DNA of 64,000 nucleotides from Thermoanaerobaculia bacterium (GTDB lineage Bacteria; Acidobacteriota; Thermoanaerobaculia; Multivoradales; Multivoraceae): NCBI GenBank assembly GCA_022823665.1, contig JAJEHN010000037.1, positions 115,439 to 179,438 of the forward strand, read 5' to 3'. Shown piece by piece: positions 34,959 to 43,741 of this stretch (position 1 is its first letter; each line of letters starts with the position of its first letter). The notes under the pieces were generated by a model. It saw only the letters and a program-made list of their open reading frames with translations, ran no database searches and was not told where the DNA came from. The position numbers and the translations under genes were made by a program.

Positions 34959-37775
34959 CTACTCCGGTTCGCTCTCAATGCGGACGTGGTCGGAGAGTTG
35001 CAGGTCCTCCAAGTCGCGCCGCAGGTCCTTGGCGAGGACGTCGGCCTCGGCGCCATCGGTTGCTGTCTCCAGTCGGACGCGTACGGTCACGTCCTCGTTG
35101 GCTGCGGCCCGCAGCCTTGGCAGCAACTTGAGGCCAACACGGTTCCAGGCGCCCGAGGGGATCTGGCCTTCCAGGCGTAGCCGCACCGTGCTCGGCGCGT
35201 CCTCCGGTTTGACCGGCGTCGAGCTAGCGGCCACGTCGGACTGTCCGCCGCCAGCGAGGGCGAAGCCCTGGCCCCTGTGCTGTTCCATCTCCCGATCGCT
35301 CGGGCGTTCGCCTTCCGCCGCCTTCAGCCGATCGGCGACCTTCCTCTTCAGCAGGCAGACATCCGGATCGAACATGACCTCTTCGGGAGGAACCGGCTCC
35401 CGGAACCAGACACGTTCCGGCGCATACAGCAGGCCTTCCCCGTGGCCGCCCGAGCCGAGCCCGAAATCGCCGTTCGCTACCCAGTCGAGCACCCTGTTCC
35501 GCAGGATCGTGTCTGGGTCGATCAACCGGGTGAGCGACCCGTCGAGGAAGCACTTGCGCAACATCGACAGCGGCCAGACACCCGTCTCGCTGTTGGCGGG
35601 CGGCCAGTTCCGCTCCACGTAGCTGGCGCCCACCTCGTCGTTCAGCAGGCCGAGCGACCGGAGCGCCGCCAGTGCGCGACCAGAGAGGCTGTCGGCGTTG
35701 CTGGAGTGGCCCGCCCCCAGGTCGATGACCGCAATGCGGTCCGGCTCGGCGCCGTCCGCATGAAGGAGGAACCGGTAGTCGCCCCACACCTCCTCTTTCG
35801 CCGCCTCCTCGGCGTCGCGCAGCTGCCTGGCTATGCCGCCTTTCTCCGAGCCGTCGATCTCAGCGCCCAGCGTGCCGCCCCGGACCTCCTCGTCGACGCG
35901 CTTCCAGGCCAGCCAGTGTTCGACCCGATCGCGGAGTCCGCGGCCGGGCTTCTTGACGGTCCAGATCAGAGCGCCCGGATACAGGCGGGGCGCGTTGCCG
36001 CGCTCGCGGGTCCACCGAGCGATTCGTCGACGTAGGTCGCTGTCACTTTCTCCCGTCCACTCAGCTTCCGGGTCGATGACGACCAGGGTCAAATTCTGTG
36101 AGTCCGGCACTGCGGCGCCGTCTTCAGGAAAGAACACCCGGGGAATGGGGGCGCGGCGGTTGAACTCCTCCTTCACCAGGTTGCGCAGCGCCGGCCGGAT
36201 CTCGTTCCGCTCGTCCAGTGCGGCTCGACGGTCGCTCACTACCTTGCGGATCGTTGGCTGATGGTGGACGCGGAAGCCGTCGCTTCCCATCCGGCGAACG
36301 AAGTAGCCGCGCTGCTCGAGTTTCAGGGCCGCTGAGTCGACCGATGTCGTGTCCACGTTCGGCTCGCCAAGCGCGAACCGGAGTTCTGGCAGGTGGGCCG
36401 TCTTGTCGACCTGGCCGCCGGACGACTCGAACAGGATCGCGGCACCCACGCGGCGGTGGATCGAGCGGAGCGGTCCCTTGGTGTCCCGGTCGAGTCCCCG
36501 GGCGTGGGCCCGCTCACCGGCGATGTCCACGTCGATGGCGGCGGCGAGCCTGGGCTCACCGAGCTGCCCAAGCACGACGGCTACGAAGTGCGGGTCGTGC
36601 AATGGCGCCGACCCGAGGGTGATCAACGGTTCGGTCCGGGCTCCCCTGTAGCCTTCACGCTGCGCCCAGGAAACCCACTGGGCCAACATGGCGAGCGTGC
36701 CGCGTGTCTGCTGAAACTGCGGTAGGGCGTTCCACTTGCGCTGGAAGACCGAGAGGGTGGCGGGGTGGAACGGATAACAGGCCTCGAACCGCGACCGAAG
36801 GTGCTCCCGGGCCTTCTTCTCCGTCGTGCTGTCCACCAGCGTCCACTCGGGTGGCAGCCGCTCGCGGCGCTCGAAGCACCAGTCGGCGTACGCTTTTGAG
36901 ACTCTTCTTTGGATCCGTTCCGGGCCGTCCGAGTCGAACAGGCGGCGGCGGACGACTTCGCTGACTTCCGCTTCGTCGTTGGCAATCAGGTCCTTCGCCA
37001 CGCGGCGGATGACCTTGGTGATCCGGTCCTGCCAGGCGAGGTCGAAGTCCGTCATCTCGACCTGGCTTCGCGGCAGGCTGATCACCGCGGCGCCGTGGGT
37101 GGCGCCGGTCATCGCAACCGTCAGGTTCTGAAGGAACGCATGAAACGAGTCGGCCATGCTCCGATGGCGGTTGATGAAGTTGAGCACTTCGTCGAACAGC
37201 AGGAGGACCGGCCCCCCTGCGGCCTGGAACACCCGGCCGAGCGCTTCGGTGCCGGGAGGCGTAGTCCGAGCGGCGGGTCCGAGGCGGGCGACGCCCTCGC
37301 TACCGGCGAGCTGCCTGGCCACGTCGATCCACGGCGTCTCGCGCCCCTCGCTGGGATCCCAGGCGTTGCCCACGAACACTGCTGCTCGCGCCGGCGGAAT
37401 CTCGCTCAGCCCGGCTTCCTGCAACAGGCCACGGACTTCGGCGATGCTCTCCGCCCGTTCCGGTGACTGGGCCAGGTGGTAGAGCGCGGTCAGCGTGTGG
37501 GTCTTGCCGCCGCCGAACTGGGTGACCAGGGTCATCACGGGCGCCGCGTTCGCGGTTTCTCCCGCGAGCCGCCGCAGGACCATCGCCGTGTGTTCCCGCA
37601 GCGCTCGCGTGAAGCAGGTGCGGGCGAAGAATGCCTCGGCGTCCCGGTAGTCCTCGGGCGCGGTGCCGGCTACGACCTGCTCCAGAGCGATCGCGAACTC
37701 GTCCGGGTTGAATGAGCGGCCCTGCCGCACCTCGCTCCGCGGTTGGACGACCTTGTACCAGGCTTCAAGCGCCAT
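34959..37775 (-). CDS. DUF499-family ATPase (BrxC/PglY-like)
   Basis: N-terminus MALEAWYKVVQPRSEVRQG typical of DUF499. Walker A QFGGGKTHTL, Walker B LLLFDEV. 938 aa. Confidence 0.8.
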   Translation of the reverse strand: MALEAWYKVVQPRSEVRQGRSFNPDEFAIALEQVVAGTAPEDYRDAEAFFARTCFTRALREHTAMVLRRLAGETANAAPVMTLVTQFGGGKTHTLTALYHLAQSPERAESIAEVRGLLQEAGLSEIPPARAAVFVGNAWDPSEGRETPWIDVARQLAGSEGVARLGPAARTTPPGTEALGRVFQAAGGPVLLLFDEVLNFINRHRSMADSFHAFLQNLTVAMTGATHGAAVISLPRSQVEMTDFDLAWQDRITKVIRRVAKDLIANDEAEVSEVVRRRLFDSDGPERIQRRVSKAYADWCFERRERLPPEWTLVDSTTEKKAREHLRSRFEACYPFHPATLSVFQRKWNALPQFQQTRGTLAMLAQWVSWAQREGYRGARTEPLITLGSAPLHDPHFVAVVLGQLGEPRLAAAIDVDIAGERAHARGLDRDTKGPLRSIHRRVGAAILFESSGGQVDKTAHLPELRFALGEPNVDTTSVDSAALKLEQRGYFVRRMGSDGFRVHHQPTIRKVVSDRRAALDERNEIRPALRNLVKEEFNRRAPIPRVFFPEDGAAVPDSQNLTLVVIDPEAEWTGESDSDLRRRIARWTRERGNAPRLYPGALIWTVKKPGRGLRDRVEHWLAWKRVDEEVRGGTLGAEIDGSEKGGIARQLRDAEEAAKEEVWGDYRFLLHADGAEPDRIAVIDLGAGHSSNADSLSGRALAALRSLGLLNDEVGASYVERNWPPANSETGVWPLSMLRKCFLDGSLTRLIDPDTILRNRVLDWVANGDFGLGSGGHGEGLLYAPERVWFREPVPPEEVMFDPDVCLLKRKVADRLKAAEGERPSDREMEQHRGQGFALAGGGQSDVAASSTPVKPEDAPSTVRLRLEGQIPSGAWNRVGLKLLPRLRAAANEDVTVRVRLETATDGAEADVLAKDLRRDLEDLQLSDHVRIESEPE

Positions 37776-37835
37776 GGGTTCTCTCCGGGAGGGTCAGCGA
37801 GCTGATTCTCGTGATCATTGGGACACCCACACTTG

Positions 37836-40817
37836 CTATCCGGGAGATGCGAGCAACATGGCGTCCAGCAGCCGCTTCTCTTCGCTGCCGCGCGGGTAGA
37901 GCGCGGAGAGGGCGTTCGCCAAGCGTTCGAAGTCGGGACTGCGTTCCCGCTCGGCGGCCACCAGATTGCGCAGGGCGTGGGTGCGACCGCCAGCCTGGAG
38001 CAGCATTGCAGTGTGAACGCGGTCGAGCGTGGTAGCGCCTTCCGCCGGTGCGTCCCGGTCGCTCGGGGCGTCGGCGGAGGAGCGAAAGCCTCCGCGAGTC
38101 TGGGCGAGCTCGCCGTCCTGTACCTCGGAACCGGCGAACAGGTCGCGTTGCGTGCCTCCGGGTTGCTCCAGCGTCTTGGCCAGGGCCGCCGAGCCATCTT
38201 CCCCGAACAGGCGTTTCGCCCGTTCCGACACGGGTAGAAGGCGGACGACTCCCTTCTTCGTTTCGATGATGCGCTTCTCCCACTTCGGTAGGTCGATTCC
38301 CAGCGGCTGCGCAAAGCGACGCGCCACGTCGAAGGCCAGCGAGTAGCCCTTGGCACCGACGCCGCCCGGTGGTTCGCCCGTTTCTCTCGCGCTGCCACCC
38401 TCTTCTGCGCTGGCCCCGTCGTCGGCTGCGGAGGTTGTCTGCAGCGTCCAGAGGAACAGGGCCGTCAGCCGCGCGTCTTCTTCGAGCGCGCCGGCGAGTC
38501 CGTTGCGGGCTTTCGCCTCGGCCGCGCCCAGCACGTTCTCGAGCGCTGTGCGGCCCACGACCTCCCAGACCTTCTCCAGGTACGCGGGCAGGCCGACCTC
38601 GCTGCCGTCCGCCATCTCGACTCGGGAGTAACGGCTGAAGATCTCCAGCGCCGGTCCGATGCAGGCGAACACCAAGTCAGCACCGCGGATGCCCTCGTCC
38701 TGCAGGCGCTCCATCCAGTCGCCGACACGGACGGGCAACTCGCCCAGCACGTCCGCCCAGTCTCCGACGTGCGCGTCCTCCTGGCGGGGGCGACAGACCA
38801 GGTGGATGGAGGTGGCGAGGGCGGCAGAGTCTCGGGCGCGCAGACGGGAGCCCATCTCGGTCGCGAGCGGCCAGGACGCGGTAACGGTCCAGCCGCCCCG
38901 GACCATTCCGGAGAGCAACGCCTCCCAGCCCTCCGTCGTCTTGTGGGCGAAGACGACGGCGCCGACGCCGTCCCGGCGCAGAAGCCGCCGCCCCTCCGCG
39001 AACGCGCGGGCCATCGTCTCTTCGAACCACGCCCGATCCTTGGGGCGTCCGCCGACTTGCTTTGTCTCGTCCTGCACCGCCTCGGCCGTCTTCGGCGACA
39101 GTGGGTTGGTTGCATCGAACGGGTCGCGCAGCAGCGGGTGGCCGGAGAGAGTGCGTTTCAGCCAGACGAGGAAGAAGTCGGAGAGGTCCGAGTAGGGGAT
39201 GGCGTCGTAGTAGGGCGGGTCCGTGAACCAGACGCCAACGGTTTCGTCGGGGAGCGGGTGGTTGGTGGCGTCGGCGAGTTGGACTTGGCCCGGCGCTCGG
39301 CTGCAGGCGGCGTCGACAACGTCGCTGGGCAGCCTATAGGCGCTCTCCCAGTTTCCGGGCGCCGGGGCTGTAACGACTACTTCGGCGAAGTCCCAGACTA
39401 TCGGCAGCGCTTGCCGCCCGAACGTGTGCTGCATCTTCTCCGCGACCGCGTTCCATCGAGTGCAAGACATGTTGCTCATCGCGACACGACTAAAGGAGCA
39501 GGCTAGTAGTCGTTCTTGATCGGGGCACTCGGTTCTCAGCAGCGAATCGACGAGTCCGTTCAGCGCCGCCTTCTGCCGTGCCGTGAACAGATCGCCCCAC
39601 CGCGCCATGCCGTAACGCTGCACGCGGAAGCCCAGCGTTCCGATTGGCGGCAGCGGCTCATCCGGTATCGGACACAGCGTCTGTCTGCCCCCATGTTCCC
39701 ACTCTGCCAGCAGACCTGCTACACGTTCCTGCGCCCGCCGCACCGCCGCGTAGTCCTCTTTGGTGGGTAGCCGGTAGTGTCGCCCCTTCTCGTCGGGACG
39801 CACGGTGACCACTGCCGTCATCAGCGCGCCGCCTACGCGGTTGCCTTCATCGTCGAACACGGTGTCGGCGCCGCCGCGCTGGGCCGACAACTGCGTGCGT
39901 ACGCGGCCCGGTGGAAGCACCGATCGACAACATAGGCAGGTCGCCCTCGCCCGCGCGACGGTTCCCGGCGGCACGTTGTCCTCGGTTCCGGGCTGGAAGA
40001 TCTCGAACTCGACCCGCGGGGGCGCGTGGTCTGCCGACCGTGCGACGCGGGGCTTCAGCGCCCACTGCCGGGTACGCTTCTTGCTCAGCCAGAAGGACCG
40101 CATCAGCGGAATCTCCGCGCCGCAGTTTGGCGTTTCGCAGCGCACCGTGCGCGCCCACAGGTAGGCGATGGGCGTGGCGTCGTCTGGGTCCTGCGGGTAG
40201 AAACCGGCTAGCTCCTCCTGAGTCACCGCCTTGATCGTGCCGCCGACACGGCGCAGCTCGTCGGCGAAGCCCGGACCGTGGCGCGGGATATCCTCCAGCA
40301 TCACCTTGAGGATCAGGCAGGCGACCGGGTTCAGGTCGGAGGCGAACGCCTCGCAGCCTAGCCGCAGGGCCTCCAGGGGGATGGAGCCACCTCCGGCGAA
40401 CGGGTCGACCACCAGGGGCGGGTCGTCCTCGCTGTGGGCTGCCCGCACCAAGTTCCGCCCCACCTGCAGGTAGGTGTTGTGGGCAGCCATGTCCCAGTTG
40501 GCGAACGAACCGATGAACCAGAGCAGCGCTTTCCGCAGATCGACATCAGTCTCCGGCGGCTGCCGGACTGGGCTCAAGAACTCGCGCGCCTGCCGCTTGA
40601 ACTCCTCCGGGCAATGCGGATCGCAGGGGTCGGGCAACAGCAAAGCGAGGAGCACCGCTCGGCTCGACGCCAGGGGCCGGCGCGCCCACCACAGATGTAG
40701 GGTCGACGGGTGCCCTTGCCGGATGAACTTCTCGCGTGCCGCGTGCTTCGACACCTCGGCGATGGGGAAGTCCACCTCCGCCAGGCGCCTGCATTCGCGG
40801 GGGATTCCGGAGGCCAT
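37836..40817 (-). CDS. DUF1156-domain DNA methyltransferase (amino-MTase, DPPY motif)
   Basis: DUF1156 N-terminus RRLAEVDFPIAEVSKHAAREKFIRQGHPSTLHLWWARRPL. Motif I DPFAGGGSIP, motif IV TDPPYYD. ATG 40817 chosen; the ORF extension to 40910 would overlap the upstream gene. Confidence 0.8.
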   Translation of the reverse strand: MASGIPRECRRLAEVDFPIAEVSKHAAREKFIRQGHPSTLHLWWARRPLASSRAVLLALLLPDPCDPHCPEEFKRQAREFLSPVRQPPETDVDLRKALLWFIGSFANWDMAAHNTYLQVGRNLVRAAHSEDDPPLVVDPFAGGGSIPLEALRLGCEAFASDLNPVACLILKVMLEDIPRHGPGFADELRRVGGTIKAVTQEELAGFYPQDPDDATPIAYLWARTVRCETPNCGAEIPLMRSFWLSKKRTRQWALKPRVARSADHAPPRVEFEIFQPGTEDNVPPGTVARARATCLCCRSVLPPGRVRTQLSAQRGGADTVFDDEGNRVGGALMTAVVTVRPDEKGRHYRLPTKEDYAAVRRAQERVAGLLAEWEHGGRQTLCPIPDEPLPPIGTLGFRVQRYGMARWGDLFTARQKAALNGLVDSLLRTECPDQERLLACSFSRVAMSNMSCTRWNAVAEKMQHTFGRQALPIVWDFAEVVVTAPAPGNWESAYRLPSDVVDAACSRAPGQVQLADATNHPLPDETVGVWFTDPPYYDAIPYSDLSDFFLVWLKRTLSGHPLLRDPFDATNPLSPKTAEAVQDETKQVGGRPKDRAWFEETMARAFAEGRRLLRRDGVGAVVFAHKTTEGWEALLSGMVRGGWTVTASWPLATEMGSRLRARDSAALATSIHLVCRPRQEDAHVGDWADVLGELPVRVGDWMERLQDEGIRGADLVFACIGPALEIFSRYSRVEMADGSEVGLPAYLEKVWEVVGRTALENVLGAAEAKARNGLAGALEEDARLTALFLWTLQTTSAADDGASAEEGGSARETGEPPGGVGAKGYSLAFDVARRFAQPLGIDLPKWEKRIIETKKGVVRLLPVSERAKRLFGEDGSAALAKTLEQPGGTQRDLFAGSEVQDGELAQTRGGFRSSADAPSDRDAPAEGATTLDRVHTAMLLQAGGRTHALRNLVAAERERSPDFERLANALSALYPRGSEEKRLLDAMLLASPG

Positions 40818-40887
40818 CAAAGTCTGCCTTCTGCCCAGCGGACGACCGGCGCGGCCGTCGGAAGCGTTTCGGTCCGGGGCTGCCTCA

Positions 40888-41526
40888 TCAACTCCATCGC
40901 CGGGAGTCATCGCTGACTACGGTCTCGTCTCGCCGCTTGACAAACACGACATCGAGCGCCTCACCCTTTCGGAGTCTCTCAGCGACCCGTTGACGGATCT
41001 CGGCCAGCACGTCGTCCGATTCCGAGACGCTGGACAGATCACCACCCACTCTGGCAAGAGACATGGAGCCGAGGCCACGAGCAAGCGGTTGACCCTCTGA
41101 CGTGAGCACGTAGCAGCCAACACGAAACACTCCGGAGCTACCCGACCCACCACCGATCGTGGCGTTGGACAGCCTTGGGCCAGACGGCGACTCCCGTGTT
41201 TCTGCCACGCGCGCGGCAGAGCGCGTCGAGCCGAGAAGCAAGCGCTCTGCCTCTTCCTGCGCTTCAAGGGAGACCTCCCATGCCAGCGACGAGTGGTAGT
41301 CAAGCGGAAGAATCGTGACGACATCTCCGTTCTCCTCGTCCTGAATCGCGACGAAGCACTGGTCATCGGCAGGGCTGTAGAACAGTCGGTGAAGGCGTCC
41401 AGAGTCCGTGCCCAGCAGCACTGCCAGATCGTGATCGAGGATCGCGGTCACGTCGTCGGGAGTCGCTGACAGGCGGTCGCCGACCCGTTGCAGCGCGTGG
41501 CGACTGAGGCGGGCTGGGGGCGCCAT
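40888..41526 (-). CDS. hypothetical protein (212 aa) embedded in the defence cassette
   Basis: ATG 41526 preceded by GAGGAGGAGGG. N-terminal LSRHALQRVGDRLSATPDDVTAIL...VVTILP resembles the small DUF4258/RelE-fold pattern (memory-based). Gly/Ser linker, then a charged C-terminus. Confidence 0.45.
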   Translation of the reverse strand: MAPPARLSRHALQRVGDRLSATPDDVTAILDHDLAVLLGTDSGRLHRLFYSPADDQCFVAIQDEENGDVVTILPLDYHSSLAWEVSLEAQEEAERLLLGSTRSAARVAETRESPSGPRLSNATIGGGSGSSGVFRVGCYVLTSEGQPLARGLGSMSLARVGGDLSSVSESDDVLAEIRQRVAERLRKGEALDVVFVKRRDETVVSDDSRRWS

Positions 41527-41560
41527 CAGCCCTCCTCCTCGTCGCTGGTCGGCGGGGAGC

Positions 41561-43678
41561 TCACCTGCCGCCTCCGAACCGCTTCGGGACGAACCGCACC
41601 GCCTCGTCGATCGGCAGGGACCGCGTCGCGTTACCAACGCGGAGCCAGAAGGCCGCTTGCTGTCCCTTCTGTTCGACGTAGACCGGGTGGTCGCTCGGCT
41701 CGACGGTCACCTGGCAGATATCGCGGGCGTCAATCTGGTGGAAGTTCACGACCAGGAAAGACGAGGCGGTCGCTTCGCCGAAGGCCCGAACGAAGATCTG
41801 CTGCAGATGGAGCTCAAAGCCGTCCCGATCGGGCTTCCTGCTCAAGGACTCGAAGTCGCGCCGAAGGCCAAGAGGCTCGCCGTCGTCACCGACGCCGATG
41901 AGCAGGGTCCCGCCGTCGCCGTTCAGGAAGCCGGCCACGGTCTTGATCGTCATGGCCTCGATCACCTTGTTTACATGCTGTTCTTTGAGGTCCCAGCGCA
42001 GGCTGGACTTGAACTCCAGTGCGTCGCTCTCGCCGCCGGCGATGAGGTCCCGAACGTACTGCTCGCTGTGTCGGTCGGCACCCTCGGGCGGCAGCCAGGA
42101 GGCGATGAACTCGTTGGCTGCTTCGGCCAGAAGCCCGCGGCGCGCGGCCAGGAAGTCGAGGAAGTTCTCCGGCTTCCACAGATCCGGGTCCAACGGGACG
42201 GACTGGGCGCGCAGGGTGCCGGGCTGCGTCTTGTCCACCAGCGGCAGGTAGTCCGCGGGAGATGATTTGCGCACCTCCAGCGGGGCCTTCCGCGTCAAGA
42301 GAACCCGGTTCGCCACAGCGTTGATGCGTCGGCTGTCCGTCATCCCGGCCTCCTCGAGGATCTTCCTCGGGAAGACGTGGTGACGCTCCCCGCCGGCGCT
42401 TTGGCCCGTGGCGCGGTCGTAGACGTGGACGCCGGTGAACCAGTCGCGGGCGTTCCGGTGCCGGGCGACTACTCGCACGAGATAGGCGACGGCTGAACTG
42501 ACGGTCGCCCGGTCGAGGTCGCCCTCTTCCAGGACCACGCGGCCGCGTTCGCGAAGGATGGCCGCCTCCAGTTCCGGGACCGGATCCGGATCACCACCTG
42601 CCACCAGAGCCACGTCCTGCTGCAGCTTGGTCTCGGCGGAGCCGGAGTAGCGGGACCAGAGGGCGGCAAGGAACATCCAGCGGATGAACCGGCGGCGAAT
42701 GGTCTCGTTGGGGAACCGGCCGCCCTGCCGCGCAAGGTAGACGGTCGCCGGAATGAGCATGGTCGTCGTTGGCAGGTCGCGCGGGCTGGAGACCAGCGCT
42801 TCATGGCGCAGCACGCCCACCAAGTGCTCAAGTGCTGGCTGAAGCCGGCTCCAACCCTTCTGGAGCGTCTCGGCTGGGGTTCGCAGAAAGGACCCTTCAA
42901 GGAGAACGGACCCGGTCGCCAAACCGGCCAGGCAGCGGACGAGGAAGTCGAGGTCGAATGGGAAGCCGTTGTCCCCCAGTTTCGCGCTGAAGGCGCGTAG
43001 CTCGCCACGAGCCTCGGGCCACAGGCTGCAAATGTGTGCGATGGCGAGATCCGCCTTGGTCAGCGGCGTGCCGGCGCTGTTCACGCGGTTGAAGATGCCG
43101 ACGACTTCGTCCACGGTGTAGTCCTCGTCGGAGACATGGTCGACGGCGTAGGTGTAGTTGCGGATGCCGTCGAGGTCGGCGAGCCGCGCCAGGTTCGGTT
43201 CCAGCGTTTCACGCTGCTCCTGCTCCATGGTGTGGAGGCTGCTGACGAACGTCCCGAGGCCCTGTCTCAGAAAGTCATGAACGCTGATCCAGGCGGGATT
43301 GTTGAGCATCTGCGACTTCTGGTAGAAGCGGAACTCCTCAGTCTGCACGTTGAAGTGGAGGTCGAAGAACAGGGACTCGCCCTCGTAGAACGGCGGCGGC
43401 TTCCCTTCGAAGAGTGTGTAGAGCGAGGTCAGTCGCTGCTGGCCGTCGAGGAGCAGAAGCGAACTACCTTCCTCCGACGCCTCGGCGCCGCGCACCTTGG
43501 ACGGCTTGTAGGTCTTCCAGATCAGCAGATGCCCGGTCGGATGCCGCCGGTACATCGACTGCACCAGTCCGCGCACCTGGTCGCGTCGCCAGACGTAGCC
43601 GCGCTGGAACTCCGGCAGGAGAATCTCGCCACGGTCGATCTGGGCGAGCAACTCGTGGACTTGTCTCGTGTCAGGCAT
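41561..43678 (-). CDS. GmrSD-family type IV restriction enzyme (DUF262 + DUF1524 His-Me) fused to C-terminal AlbA_2/Schlafen-like domain
   Basis: DUF262 motif LLPEFQRGYVWRRDQV, DGQQRLTSL. DUF1524-like ERHHVFPRK...NRVLLT. C-terminal ALEFKSSLRWD...GFLNGDGGTLLIGVGDDGEPLGL (AlbA_2/Schlafen). Confidence 0.75.
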   Translation of the reverse strand: MPDTRQVHELLAQIDRGEILLPEFQRGYVWRRDQVRGLVQSMYRRHPTGHLLIWKTYKPSKVRGAEASEEGSSLLLLDGQQRLTSLYTLFEGKPPPFYEGESLFFDLHFNVQTEEFRFYQKSQMLNNPAWISVHDFLRQGLGTFVSSLHTMEQEQRETLEPNLARLADLDGIRNYTYAVDHVSDEDYTVDEVVGIFNRVNSAGTPLTKADLAIAHICSLWPEARGELRAFSAKLGDNGFPFDLDFLVRCLAGLATGSVLLEGSFLRTPAETLQKGWSRLQPALEHLVGVLRHEALVSSPRDLPTTTMLIPATVYLARQGGRFPNETIRRRFIRWMFLAALWSRYSGSAETKLQQDVALVAGGDPDPVPELEAAILRERGRVVLEEGDLDRATVSSAVAYLVRVVARHRNARDWFTGVHVYDRATGQSAGGERHHVFPRKILEEAGMTDSRRINAVANRVLLTRKAPLEVRKSSPADYLPLVDKTQPGTLRAQSVPLDPDLWKPENFLDFLAARRGLLAEAANEFIASWLPPEGADRHSEQYVRDLIAGGESDALEFKSSLRWDLKEQHVNKVIEAMTIKTVAGFLNGDGGTLLIGVGDDGEPLGLRRDFESLSRKPDRDGFELHLQQIFVRAFGEATASSFLVVNFHQIDARDICQVTVEPSDHPVYVEQKGQQAAFWLRVGNATRSLPIDEAVRFVPKRFGGGR

Positions 43679-43741
43679 TCATATCTCCATCCACCGGCGA
43701 CGTGGGCTCCGGCGTGACGAGCCGCGTCCCTCCGGGCCGGC

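Noticed and set aside
40818-40910. N-terminal extension of the DUF1156 methylase ORF.
   Set aside because: It would overlap the upstream 212-aa gene by 23 nt. The conserved DUF1156 N-terminus begins a few residues after ATG 40817.
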